The position numbers and the translations under genes are program-made. DNA of 64,000 bases from a virus. Lineage: Duplodnaviria > Heunggongvirae > Uroviricota > Caudoviricetes. Positions 20,496 to 29,403 of the stretch are shown piece by piece. The notes below the pieces were generated by a model. It saw nothing but the letters and a program-made list of their open reading frames with translations. It was not told the origin of the DNA and searched no databases. The stretch spans positions 84,390-148,389 of IMG/VR virus record IMGVR_UViG_3300020718_000007, one strand, 5' to 3'. Every line of letters begins with the position of its first letter. The first letter of the stretch is position 1.

Positions 20496-21818
20496 ATGGC
20501 TAAAACCACGAACGAAGCAAAAACAACAGATGGATTAGGCGATCAAAAACTACTCGCCCATCTACGAAGCCCATGGAAAAGTGTACCAGACTTATCCGCG
20601 GAAGAAATCATGCAAGATCTAATGGATGATTATTCCATCTTAGTTGATACGGGATGGCAAAAACCTATGTTCATTTATGGTGCACCTGGTATTGGTAAGA
20701 CCGAGCTGGTTGCACAGGTCTGTGAAAAATTAGGAATCGGCTTTATGCCAGTAGAACTAAGATATTCACAACCGGTAGACCTTATCGGAGTACCTAAAGT
20801 AATTGAATCTGCTACTTCTAAGTCAGCTCATGGTAGTGGCGTAACAAGGTCAAATCCTCCTACCTTCTGGCCAAGAAGTAACTGGCCTGGTGGAATTATA
20901 CCAGAAGGAAAAACGGAGGAAGAAGGTCCGGGTGGAGCTATATTCTTTGATGAATTTAACCGTGCCGATCCATATGTTATGGATTCACTAATGCAATTCG
21001 TACAAACAAGAACACTTCCTGGTACTGATTATGTTCTTCCTTCCCGTTGGATGGTAGTAGCAGCCGGTAACAGACCGAAAGATGATCGTGCAGAAAAAAT
21101 CAGGGATTTAGGTTCAGCGATGATTGACCGGTTTACACTTGTAAACTATGTAGCTACACCAGAAGGCTTGTTAAGGCACATCGAAACTTATCCTAAGAAA
21201 ATAATGTATGATAAATGCCTTGGACAATTAGTAATTCCCGAACTTATCACATTTATCAAACATATGCCAGAATTTTTCCACGGCGCATTTAACGAGGATT
21301 CTGACGATATGGGTAATTTTACTCCACGTGGTTGGATTGATGCTTCTAAAAAGCTCGAAGGCTATCTTCAGCAGAGGATTAAGGATAAGAAAAAGAGGGT
21401 GATAACAGAAGACCAGCTTCGTAAAATCTTTACAAAAGAAATAGGAACAGCAGCTTCTAATGCCTTTTTGGAATATTATCAGCTTGCCCAGGAATTCTCA
21501 TTTGACGATATAGGCAAAGTATTTAAGGACCCTCAAAATGCACCTACTCCTGGTAAGAAAGGAAATAGCTTCATTCCTAATAGGATGTGGGCGTGGACAG
21601 CAGCAATTGTTAACCATGCAGAGAAATTAACTGCTGATCTTACACCGGAAGAATGGGCAAACTTCATCAAGTATTGGATAATGATTGATGCAGCCGATTA
21701 TGCCACTGCTGCCATGTCTATGATGCTTGTTCATGTACCTTATATCAGGAAGAAAAAGGTATACTACGAACAATTATCTCTTTGGGAGAAGCATTATAAG
21801 AAAATGATGCAGGAATAA
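20496..21818 (+). CDS. MoxR/CbbQ-type AAA+ ATPase (AAA_5)
   Basis: Walker A YGAPGIGKTEL; Walker B/sensor AIFFDEFNRADP; VGVPKV and AAGNRP segments typical of the MoxR family. Confidence 0.7.
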   Translation: MAKTTNEAKTTDGLGDQKLLAHLRSPWKSVPDLSAEEIMQDLMDDYSILVDTGWQKPMFIYGAPGIGKTELVAQVCEKLGIGFMPVELRYSQPVDLIGVPKVIESATSKSAHGSGVTRSNPPTFWPRSNWPGGIIPEGKTEEEGPGGAIFFDEFNRADPYVMDSLMQFVQTRTLPGTDYVLPSRWMVVAAGNRPKDDRAEKIRDLGSAMIDRFTLVNYVATPEGLLRHIETYPKKIMYDKCLGQLVIPELITFIKHMPEFFHGAFNEDSDDMGNFTPRGWIDASKKLEGYLQQRIKDKKKRVITEDQLRKIFTKEIGTAASNAFLEYYQLAQEFSFDDIGKVFKDPQNAPTPGKKGNSFIPNRMWAWTAAIVNHAEKLTADLTPEEWANFIKYWIMIDAADYATAAMSMMLVHVPYIRKKKVYYEQLSLWEKHYKKMMQE

Positions 21819-21836
21819 CAAATTTAGCCATTATAT

Positions 21837-21866
21837 AAAATCCTCGAGAAATCGAGGATTTTTTAG
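21837..21866 (+). terminator. rho-independent terminator
   Basis: 8-bp stem ATCCTCGA/TCGAGGAT with GAAA tetraloop followed by TTTTTT. Confidence 0.5.
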
Positions 21867-21886
21867 TGGGAATTTCTAAATAATGG

Positions 21887-21898
21887 AATATATAAAAG
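21887..21898 (+). promoter_or_regulatory. ATATATAAAAG upstream motif (late-promoter-like)
   Basis: GGAATATATAAAAGAAAAAAG lies 10 nt upstream of the ATG at 21908. Confidence 0.25.
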
Positions 21899-21907
21899 AA
21901 AAAAGTT

Positions 21908-22450
21908 ATGGAATTTTTAAAGTATTTCAAAGCCTATATGTTGAACGAGGAAGAAGGACTTGGTAATAACTATTTCCATGTAAAGAAAATGGACAAGTCT
22001 TATGATTACTTCTTTAAGATAGGTGATAAAAGTGAGCATGAAAGGGCATTTATAATCAAAATAGGTAAGTTTTCTAAAAACGATATTATAAATGATACCG
22101 AACAATCTTATGCTGTCCTTTCTATTGAGGAAATATCTCCAGAATCTATGGATGCTTTTCTGATAGACGAAGCACCATTTAAGTCAACTGAAAATGAGAT
22201 GATTAGTGTTACAATGGATGAACTAACTAAGATTTCGAATATTTTAGAAAGGGCATTGGATGATTATTTAGAGAAAAGTCCTAAAGTTACTAAAATTTAT
22301 GACGAATTTCTAGAAAATATTGAGATAGGAACAGAGGAATATGTTAATTTTACTAAGAACACAATAAGCATTTGGTCAAAAGGAAGATGGAATACTCAAA
22401 GCGGTTCTAATCCTAAGTCTATCCTACATACTAAGTTATCCCATAATTAA
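21908..22450 (+). CDS. hypothetical protein
   Basis: 180-aa ORF. Confidence 0.4.
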   Translation: MEFLKYFKAYMLNEEEGLGNNYFHVKKMDKSYDYFFKIGDKSEHERAFIIKIGKFSKNDIINDTEQSYAVLSIEEISPESMDAFLIDEAPFKSTENEMISVTMDELTKISNILERALDDYLEKSPKVTKIYDEFLENIEIGTEEYVNFTKNTISIWSKGRWNTQSGSNPKSILHTKLSHN

Positions 22451-22523
22451 TCCTTGTAATTCTTTAACGAAACAAAAAGCAGGGGTTTGTGTATAATAAT
22501 AAATTAAAAACACAAAATCAAAT

Positions 22524-22700
22524 ATGGAGACTTACAACAAAATTGCAGAATTAGTGCAATCAATGAAATCAGAAGCAGACAAATTTTTTGGAAGGGGAAA
22601 TAAGGCAGCAGGAACAAGACTTCGGGCTCAGTGTCAGGAACTTAAAGAATTAACCCAGTCATTAAGGGTGGAAGTACAAGAAGCCAAAAAATTAGAATAA
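22524..22700 (+). CDS. small basic histone-H1-like DNA-binding protein (Bacteroidota type)
   Basis: 58-aa ORF absent from the ORF track: METYNKIAELVQSMKSEADKFFGRGNKAAGTRLRAQCQELKELTQSLRVEVQEAKKLE; the GNKAAGTRLRA core resembles Bacteroides histone-H1-like proteins. Confidence 0.5.
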   Translation: METYNKIAELVQSMKSEADKFFGRGNKAAGTRLRAQCQELKELTQSLRVEVQEAKKLE

Positions 22701-22730
22701 GTATATTTTTAATCATCCAAAATAGGAAAA

Positions 22731-22946
22731 ATGAGCTATTATCTTTGTAAAATTACCTTCGATTCTGGAGAGGTAAGTAAATCCGGTAAACCAATAGTAA
22801 CTAAGACACAGATCTTAGTAGAAGCAGAGAGTGTAACCCATGCGGAAGCATTAGCAACCGAACATGTAGGAACTGGTATTTCTACCGCAGAAGTCACCTC
22901 GATAAACAAGTCACAGATAGAATCTGTCTTGAAATTGAATGACTAA
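22731..22946 (+). CDS. hypothetical protein
   Basis: 71-aa ORF. Confidence 0.35.
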   Translation: MSYYLCKITFDSGEVSKSGKPIVTKTQILVEAESVTHAEALATEHVGTGISTAEVTSINKSQIESVLKLND

Positions 22947-22949
22947 ACT

Positions 22950-23186
22950 ATGAAAAAGGCAAAAAAAAGCAAAGGTGCAGATATAAGTAACTATACTCCT
23001 CCTGATAATTCTGTAAAAATACAGGACGGGGACACCGGTTTTGCTTTAGTTAAGAAAAATTATCACAGATTTATCTGGACTTGGAATGATTACGCCAAGA
23101 AAGGTAAAAAGAAATAAACAATTTGTTTGTTTGTTTACATTGTGTGGCCCCGAGGTTTCTACCTTGGGGTTTTTTCTATTTATCTG
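22950..23186 (+). CDS. possible small ORF (Lys-rich N-terminus, hydrophobic C-terminus)
   Basis: 78 codons by manual translation; not in the supplied track; its 3' part reads through a terminator hairpin, so it is doubtful. Confidence 0.2.
23147..23175 (+). terminator. rho-independent terminator
   Basis: stem CCCCGAGG/CCTTGGGG with loop TTTCTA followed by TTTTTTC. Confidence 0.55.
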
Positions 23187-23200
23187 ATATATAGATATAA

Positions 23201-23410
23201 ATGAGGTCAAGAAGGATAAATAGATTGCGTATTAGTAAAGGCCCAGGTAATCTTGGTTCTAATTATACATATTTACCAACTGGGAAGAAGAAAAGGATTA
23301 ATACTATTACCAATATTTTAGATCCAGAATCATTATATGATCCATCTAGAAAGAAAGGTAGAACCCTTCAGAACCTAGTAGATTATAGGGAATTTATAAA
23401 AAGGAAATAA
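23201..23410 (+). CDS. hypothetical Arg/Lys-rich protein
   Basis: 69-aa ORF. Confidence 0.35.
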   Translation: MRSRRINRLRISKGPGNLGSNYTYLPTGKKKRINTITNILDPESLYDPSRKKGRTLQNLVDYREFIKRK

Positions 23411-23411
23411 T

Positions 23412-23915
23412 ATGAAAATCAAGAGACTAAACGAAGATTGCGGATGTGGCGGTAAAGCAGGTTCTGAACCCGTGAATAGACCAGTATCTAAGAATATTAG
23501 TGATCCTAATGTAGGTAAGGTAGCAACTCTGTTTGATGGTAGACAAGCATTAGTTGATGATTCTATTAGAAATTCCGATGGACAAACAATAGGCTATGTA
23601 TTGAATAGTGGTAAAATGGCTTTTAGGGTTTTTAAGGATAAAATCCAAAATTTCTCTGAGAGCGAAGGTGGCCTTTCCTCTTTGGATGCTACTAATGGAA
23701 TGGGAAATGTATCTTTTCCTACTGCAAACCATGATGGTTCCGGTGATATGTTCCCTACTATTGGTGGTGGGGTCGAAGGAAGAGGGGGTGTATCTAAAAA
23801 GAAAACTGCTGCTGGTAAAAAGAAAAATCAATTTACATATCAGTTAATGGGCTTTATGGATTTCGCAAAGACCATGAAAGGATTTCAGCAACCTGACAAA
23901 ACAAATAAGAAATAA
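23412..23915 (+). CDS. hypothetical protein
   Basis: 167-aa ORF. Confidence 0.35.
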   Translation: MKIKRLNEDCGCGGKAGSEPVNRPVSKNISDPNVGKVATLFDGRQALVDDSIRNSDGQTIGYVLNSGKMAFRVFKDKIQNFSESEGGLSSLDATNGMGNVSFPTANHDGSGDMFPTIGGGVEGRGGVSKKKTAAGKKKNQFTYQLMGFMDFAKTMKGFQQPDKTNKK

Positions 23916-23967
23916 TAAATTATTTTATAGTCGAAACACTTACTGCCGTAGCATCATATAATTTAAT

Positions 23968-25386
23968 ATGATAATCGACATTGAAAATTTAGGAGAATCG
24001 CTAAGAGTTTCCCATTATACGACAGAAGGGGATGTTGCTTTCTTAGATCTTCCAATCCCAGAGAGAGACCGATATGTTTGGAAAAGAGCATCTCCCGGAG
24101 ATAGAGGAGTTATTAAGGATTGGAAAACCTGGGATAAACAACCAGTAAAAGTCCAAAAGACACAAAAATATGATAAGTTTAGAATTACAGAAATTCTGGA
24201 ACAGTATGACAAAAAGGTAACCAAACCTTTATGGGAATATCAGACTCCACGAAAATATTGGGTGGATATAGAAGTTGAAGTTACCGATAATAAAGCGGAT
24301 TCCCTAGATACTTCAAAGGCAGCAAACAAAATACTAACATTAGCTATTGCATCTTCCTCTGGAAAGATACTTGCCTTAGGTTTAAAGAAATTAGAGCCCG
24401 ACCAAATCCTAAAAATAGAAAAGAAAGTAAACGAGCATTTCAAAAAATTTGATGCTAAGTGGACTTTTAATTATAGGAGTTTTGATAGCGAGTTTGATAT
24501 GATCTATACCTTCATGTCAAAACTAATGCACAAGATGCCATTAATAAGTGGATGGAACTGGTTTGGATATGACTGGCCTTATTTATTATCCAGAGCAAAA
24601 AGGTTAGGTATAGATCCTAAGATTTGTTCTCCAAGCGGAGTATTGTTAACTAAGCAACAAATCCCAATGCATGGTCTTATGGTCGATTACATGGAGATCT
24701 ATAAGAAATGGGATAGGGTAATAAAAGTTAGAGAAGCAAACTCTCTGGAATATGTTAGCCAAGCAGCATTCGGAGTAGGTAAAGTAAAATATAATGGTAA
24801 TTTAAAATCTCTTTATGAGGATGATTTTGAAAACTATGTATTCTATAATGCAGTTGACTCCTGCCTCTTAGATTATATTGACCACAAACTAAATACATTA
24901 TCAACTTTCTTTAAAATAGCATTGGTAACTGGTGTAGAAATTAATAGGGCACTATCTCCTGTATGGACAACAGAGGTTCTAATGTTAAGAGAATTCTTAT
25001 CCAGAAAGAGAGTTATTCTATACGAACAAAAGGACGAAGATACAAGAAAATTTGAAGGAGCGATTGTTAAAAATCCAATCAAAGGATTACATGAATGGAT
25101 TTCTCTTTATGACTATGCTTCTCTGTATCCAAATGCAATGATCCAGTTTGGTATCTCTCCTGAAATCTATATCGGCAAGGATTTAGAAAATCCGCCACCA
25201 GGATCATGGAAAACAGCATCCGGAGCATATTTCTGTCCAGAACCAGGTGAAGAGCCTGTATTGAGAAAAGTATTACAGACCTTATATGGTATGCGTAAAA
25301 CTACCAAAAGTAAGTATATGGATTGCGAAATGAAAATTGAAGAACTAAACAAAATATTAAAAAATAAAAAAACTCAAGTAGTATGA
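23968..25386 (+). CDS. gp43-N: family-B DNA polymerase, N-terminal fragment (3'-5' exonuclease motifs plus polymerase motif A), T4 gp43-like
   Basis: Exo I region DIEVEV, Exo II region FYNAVDSCLLDYID (T4: ISYNIIDVESVQAID), motif A LYDYASLYPNAMIQ (T4: FDLTSLYPSIIRQ); the ORF stops about 70 aa after motif A, with no motif B or C. Confidence 0.8.
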   Translation: MIIDIENLGESLRVSHYTTEGDVAFLDLPIPERDRYVWKRASPGDRGVIKDWKTWDKQPVKVQKTQKYDKFRITEILEQYDKKVTKPLWEYQTPRKYWVDIEVEVTDNKADSLDTSKAANKILTLAIASSSGKILALGLKKLEPDQILKIEKKVNEHFKKFDAKWTFNYRSFDSEFDMIYTFMSKLMHKMPLISGWNWFGYDWPYLLSRAKRLGIDPKICSPSGVLLTKQQIPMHGLMVDYMEIYKKWDRVIKVREANSLEYVSQAAFGVGKVKYNGNLKSLYEDDFENYVFYNAVDSCLLDYIDHKLNTLSTFFKIALVTGVEINRALSPVWTTEVLMLREFLSRKRVILYEQKDEDTRKFEGAIVKNPIKGLHEWISLYDYASLYPNAMIQFGISPEIYIGKDLENPPPGSWKTASGAYFCPEPGEEPVLRKVLQTLYGMRKTTKSKYMDCEMKIEELNKILKNKKTQVV

Positions 25387-25883
25387 AATCAGGAAATTTG
25401 TATTTTACAAAAACAAGAACAGTTAAAACACCGGCAAGGGGAACATCATCGTCGGCAGGAATAGATTTTTATGTACCAGAGGACTTTATCGAAGTTATGT
25501 TAGGTCCAGGTGATGATGTTTTAATTCCTTCTGGAATTAGAGTTAGAATTCCTGGAGGCTGCGTATTAACAGCATTTAATAAATCAGGAATAGCTACAAA
25601 AAAGAAATTGATTGTTGGTGCATGTGTAATAGATGAGGACTACACTGGCGAAATCCATTTACACTTAATAAACGCAGGAAAGGGAAATGTATCAATAAAG
25701 GCCAATGATAAAATAGCTCAGTTTATTTTGTCTCCTGTATTTTATACAGAACCAGAAGAAATTAATCAGGAGTCATATGAGTCTTTTGGTGAAACTTCTA
25801 GAGGAGCTGGTGGATTTGGTTCTACTGATAATGCCCCAACACTAAGTGGAGTTTCTGGGGTTTGTGGTTATCAAGGAACTTAA
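25383..25883 (+). CDS. dut: dUTPase
   Basis: SAGIDFYVP, RVRIPGGCVLTAFNKSGIA, GACVIDEDYTGEIHLHLIN and C-terminal RGAGGFGSTD match dUTPase motifs I-V; ATGA overlap with the polymerase fragment. Confidence 0.8.
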   Translation: MKSGNLYFTKTRTVKTPARGTSSSAGIDFYVPEDFIEVMLGPGDDVLIPSGIRVRIPGGCVLTAFNKSGIATKKKLIVGACVIDEDYTGEIHLHLINAGKGNVSIKANDKIAQFILSPVFYTEPEEINQESYESFGETSRGAGGFGSTDNAPTLSGVSGVCGYQGT

Positions 25884-25905
25884 AATAATCCTTTACTAAT
25901 CATTA

Positions 25906-25933
25906 AAAAGGCACCTTTTGGTGCCTTTTTTTA
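25906..25933 (+). terminator. rho-independent terminator
   Basis: AAAAGGCACC-TTTT-GGTGCCTTTTTTT. Confidence 0.55.
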
Positions 25934-25955
25934 TTACTCCTATGTAACTTAATTT

Positions 25956-28900
25956 GTGGATTATTCTATAATCAGTATAAATAAGCAGGTAATGAAGAAG
26001 AAAATAATTTATATTGCTCCTCACCTCTCTACTGGAGGACTTCCCCAATATCTTTTCAAAAAAATCGACCTATTAAAGGATAAACTTGAAATATATTGTG
26101 TGGAATATAACGATATAACAGGAGGACAACTTGTAGTACAAAAGAATAGGATTCAGTCTATATTGGATGGTAAACATTTTATTACACTTGGCAGTGATAA
26201 GAATGAACTTATTAGACTAATAGAAAGGATTAAACCTGATTATGTCCATCTGGAAGAAATTCCAGAGGATGGTGGATGGGGTTGGGCGAAGGGTACGTTG
26301 GAAAAAATATATTCTCTGGATAGAACTTATAAAATATTTGAAACTAGCCACGATTCATCATTTGAACCAGACACAAGAAAAATATATTTTCCCGACGCAT
26401 TTTTCTTTGTTAGTAAATGGCAAATAGATCAGTATAAGAATATTAATGTTCCTAAGTATTTGGCAGAATATCCTATAGAATATAGGGAAAGACCAGATAG
26501 GAATTCTTCACTAATTAGCCTGGGATTAGACCCATCCAAAAAACACATTCTTAATGTTGGCCTATTTACACCAAGAAAAAACCAGGGTGAAATATTTGAA
26601 ATTGCTAGATCTTTTGGAGAAGATGTACAATTTCATTTTCTTGGAAACCAGGCAGGTAATTTTGAATCTTATTGGAAACCTTTAATGGCAAATATACCAA
26701 AAAACTGTAAATGGTGGGGTGAAAGAAATGATGCAGATAGATTCTATTCCTGTATGGATCTTTTCTTGTTTACCTCGGAAGGTAATCCAGGAAACAAAGA
26801 AACAATGCCATTAGTTCTAAGGGAAGCCATAGGATGGAAAATGCAAATCCTATTGTATAATCTTGATGTGTATCAGAATTATTTCAATAGATTTAATAAT
26901 GTTACCTATTTAAATGAAGGAAATAAAAAAGCTAATGTAGAGCTTGTTAAAAAAATGATAAGCTCTAATTATATAGAATTTGTAGAAATTGAGGAGGGGC
27001 CAAACGTAAAATATTTTTCTGGTAATTATGACAGGGAGAAAAATATAATTTACTTTGAGGTAATAAATGAGCATCCAACTTTAAAAAAATTCAATTATCG
27101 GCTTAGAGATTTTGTTAATGGATTAACATTTCAACCAATTGGAAGAGATTATGATTTCAAAAAAGGTATAACATTTAATGTTGGCCCTAATGCTCGTAAT
27201 GATGACCATAATGGGCTTATCCTAGAATTGTTTGATGGTAATGAAAATATTATTGAAACCCATACATACGAATCTTGGGGTAAAGTTAAAGGAAGTTGGG
27301 ACCCTTTAAGATACCCCAAAACAGAATTATGGATTAACGATAAACTCGTGAAGCTACATAGTCATCCAAATGATCATTCATCTTTTTGGAGCTATTACGA
27401 ATGTGTTCTTCGTGGGGATTATAAGGGCATAGAATCTGGTGATATAATAGTTGATGTTGGTGCAAATCTCGGATTTTTCAGCCTTAGCGCAATTAAGCAA
27501 GGTGCTTCTAAAGTATATGCTATAGAACCTTTTCCAGAAACATTCGATTATTTAACTAAAAACATAGAGGGATTACCTATAATCCCATTAAATTATGGAA
27601 TAGGAGATTCAGAAAAAGAAGCTGTATTTGTTGGAGGTGAAGTTACTTCTATCACACGTCTAGCCGAACTGGAAGAAAAACAAAATGATGGATTTTATGG
27701 AATTAATAAAACACTTACAAAAGTAAAATTAAAGCCATTTAACCAAATTATAAAAGAACAAAATATACAATTTATTGATTATCTAAAGATAGATTGTGAA
27801 GGAGGTGAAGAAGCTTTATTTAATACGATAGATCCTGAATATTTAAAATATAGGATTAAAAAAATAACAGGAGAATTACATTTACGATTAATTGGTGTTG
27901 ATGTGTATAATAAAATAAAATCTCAGCTTATCGAAGCTGGATTTGATTACAATGACGATTATACTCAGAATAAAGATATGGTTATCTTTTATGCAGAAAG
28001 GAAGCCAAAAATTAAATTAGTTCATATAATAAATAATCCAGAAGGGGAAAGAGAAAAATTATCTACTAAATCCTTATCTGAATTAACCAAATATGGAATA
28101 GAATATGAAAGACATATCACTCCATTATACACAAAAACTCCGCCTGCTGAAAATTGTAATAGACCATCCCAAGTTTCTCCTGTTCCCGGTGATTATTTAT
28201 TATCTCCTGGACATTATGGATGCTATTTAGGACATAAGGATGCAGTTTGCAATACCTTCGGTGATTTTGATGGATTATTAGTTTCTGAATGTGATGCTAT
28301 AATACAAATTCCTGCTAAGGAAATGGCAGAAAAAATAAAACAAACCTATTTCGATAATATTAAAAACGATCTAATACTTACAAGTTATGGAAAGTCTCTT
28401 CCTGGTTATCCTCATACTCATGTCACTGAGGATCTTTTCTGTTCGCAGAAAATAGTAGAAGCTCATTTGTATTTAATCTCTAGGCCTCATTTAGATACTC
28501 TAAAAGAATTATTTGCAACTAAGCCATGGGATGTATCAGATCTATGGTATGATACGTTCCTTTCTTCTTATAAAAGAGGAATTTATAAAAAACCATATGC
28601 TCTTCAGGCTAGAGGAGAATCATATTTGGATAAAACATACAAGGATGGCTATATAATCCATGACCATAGTGTTATTTATGATCCAAATTTTATCGATAAC
28701 GATATAACCGTTATTATTCAGACCTGTGATAAGTATAGAAATTTTTGGAATGGCTGGTATTTGGCATGGAAAAATAATTGGAATTGGGATTTGAAATGGC
28801 CAGTCGTATTTTGTAATGAGGAAATGGATTTACCTTTTAATGATCCAAGGATAGGTCAAATAAAATCCCCTGTTTCGAAAGATAAGAATGGATTTTCAAA

Positions 28901-29402
28901 TAGACTGAGTGATATTTTAGAAAAGGTTAAAACAAAGTATGTTCTTTATATTCAGGATGATATGTGGCTTACAAATAGTGTTAATTTTTCTACATTTAAG
29001 GAAGCACTTTATAAGGTAAGATATAATGATTGGAATTGTTTAAGATTACATGAAAAGATTTGGTTAAATTATACATTGGAAAAAACTAGGCATTTTGTAA
29101 ACGAGAAAAGAGTATTGAAAATGAAGAGTACTAGTGAATGGTTACTTACTCATAATGCGGCTATTTGGAATAAACAATTTTTAATGGAATCTATATTACC
29201 TGATGAGGACCCTTGGACAAATGAAGTAGAAGGTGGAGTCAGGATTTCTAAAAAATATACTGATCCTAAAATTTATCATCTCAATGAGAGATGGTATTAT
29301 CAACCAGGAGCATCCCAGAATGGTATCATAAATTCATTTATGGAACAATATCAAAGGTACCTGCAATACGCAGAAGATTTAAAACAAGAAATGGACATAT
29401 AA
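25956..29402 (+). CDS. giant multi-domain glycosyltransferase (GT4-like, FkbM-type methyltransferase, GT25-like, C-terminal unknown domain)
   Basis: GT4-type E..G..EA.A.G motif (NPGNKETMPLVLREAIGWKMQ); FkbM methyltransferase motif DVGANLGFFSLSAIKQGASKVYAIEPFPETF; GT25-like HYGCYLGHKDA; 1148 aa. The TATAAATA at 25975 suggests the real start may be the internal Met at 25992. Confidence 0.6.
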   Translation: MDYSIISINKQVMKKKIIYIAPHLSTGGLPQYLFKKIDLLKDKLEIYCVEYNDITGGQLVVQKNRIQSILDGKHFITLGSDKNELIRLIERIKPDYVHLEEIPEDGGWGWAKGTLEKIYSLDRTYKIFETSHDSSFEPDTRKIYFPDAFFFVSKWQIDQYKNINVPKYLAEYPIEYRERPDRNSSLISLGLDPSKKHILNVGLFTPRKNQGEIFEIARSFGEDVQFHFLGNQAGNFESYWKPLMANIPKNCKWWGERNDADRFYSCMDLFLFTSEGNPGNKETMPLVLREAIGWKMQILLYNLDVYQNYFNRFNNVTYLNEGNKKANVELVKKMISSNYIEFVEIEEGPNVKYFSGNYDREKNIIYFEVINEHPTLKKFNYRLRDFVNGLTFQPIGRDYDFKKGITFNVGPNARNDDHNGLILELFDGNENIIETHTYESWGKVKGSWDPLRYPKTELWINDKLVKLHSHPNDHSSFWSYYECVLRGDYKGIESGDIIVDVGANLGFFSLSAIKQGASKVYAIEPFPETFDYLTKNIEGLPIIPLNYGIGDSEKEAVFVGGEVTSITRLAELEEKQNDGFYGINKTLTKVKLKPFNQIIKEQNIQFIDYLKIDCEGGEEALFNTIDPEYLKYRIKKITGELHLRLIGVDVYNKIKSQLIEAGFDYNDDYTQNKDMVIFYAERKPKIKLVHIINNPEGEREKLSTKSLSELTKYGIEYERHITPLYTKTPPAENCNRPSQVSPVPGDYLLSPGHYGCYLGHKDAVCNTFGDFDGLLVSECDAIIQIPAKEMAEKIKQTYFDNIKNDLILTSYGKSLPGYPHTHVTEDLFCSQKIVEAHLYLISRPHLDTLKELFATKPWDVSDLWYDTFLSSYKRGIYKKPYALQARGESYLDKTYKDGYIIHDHSVIYDPNFIDNDITVIIQTCDKYRNFWNGWYLAWKNNWNWDLKWPVVFCNEEMDLPFNDPRIGQIKSPVSKDKNGFSNRLSDILEKVKTKYVLYIQDDMWLTNSVNFSTFKEALYKVRYNDWNCLRLHEKIWLNYTLEKTRHFVNEKRVLKMKSTSEWLLTHNAAIWNKQFLMESILPDEDPWTNEVEGGVRISKKYTDPKIYHLNERWYYQPGASQNGIINSFMEQYQRYLQYAEDLKQEMDI

Positions 29403-29403
29403 T

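Noticed and set aside
26242-26427. 61-aa + strand ORF nested in another frame inside the 25956-29402 gene
   Set aside because: It is fully contained in a well-supported long ORF, so it is not reported as a gene.
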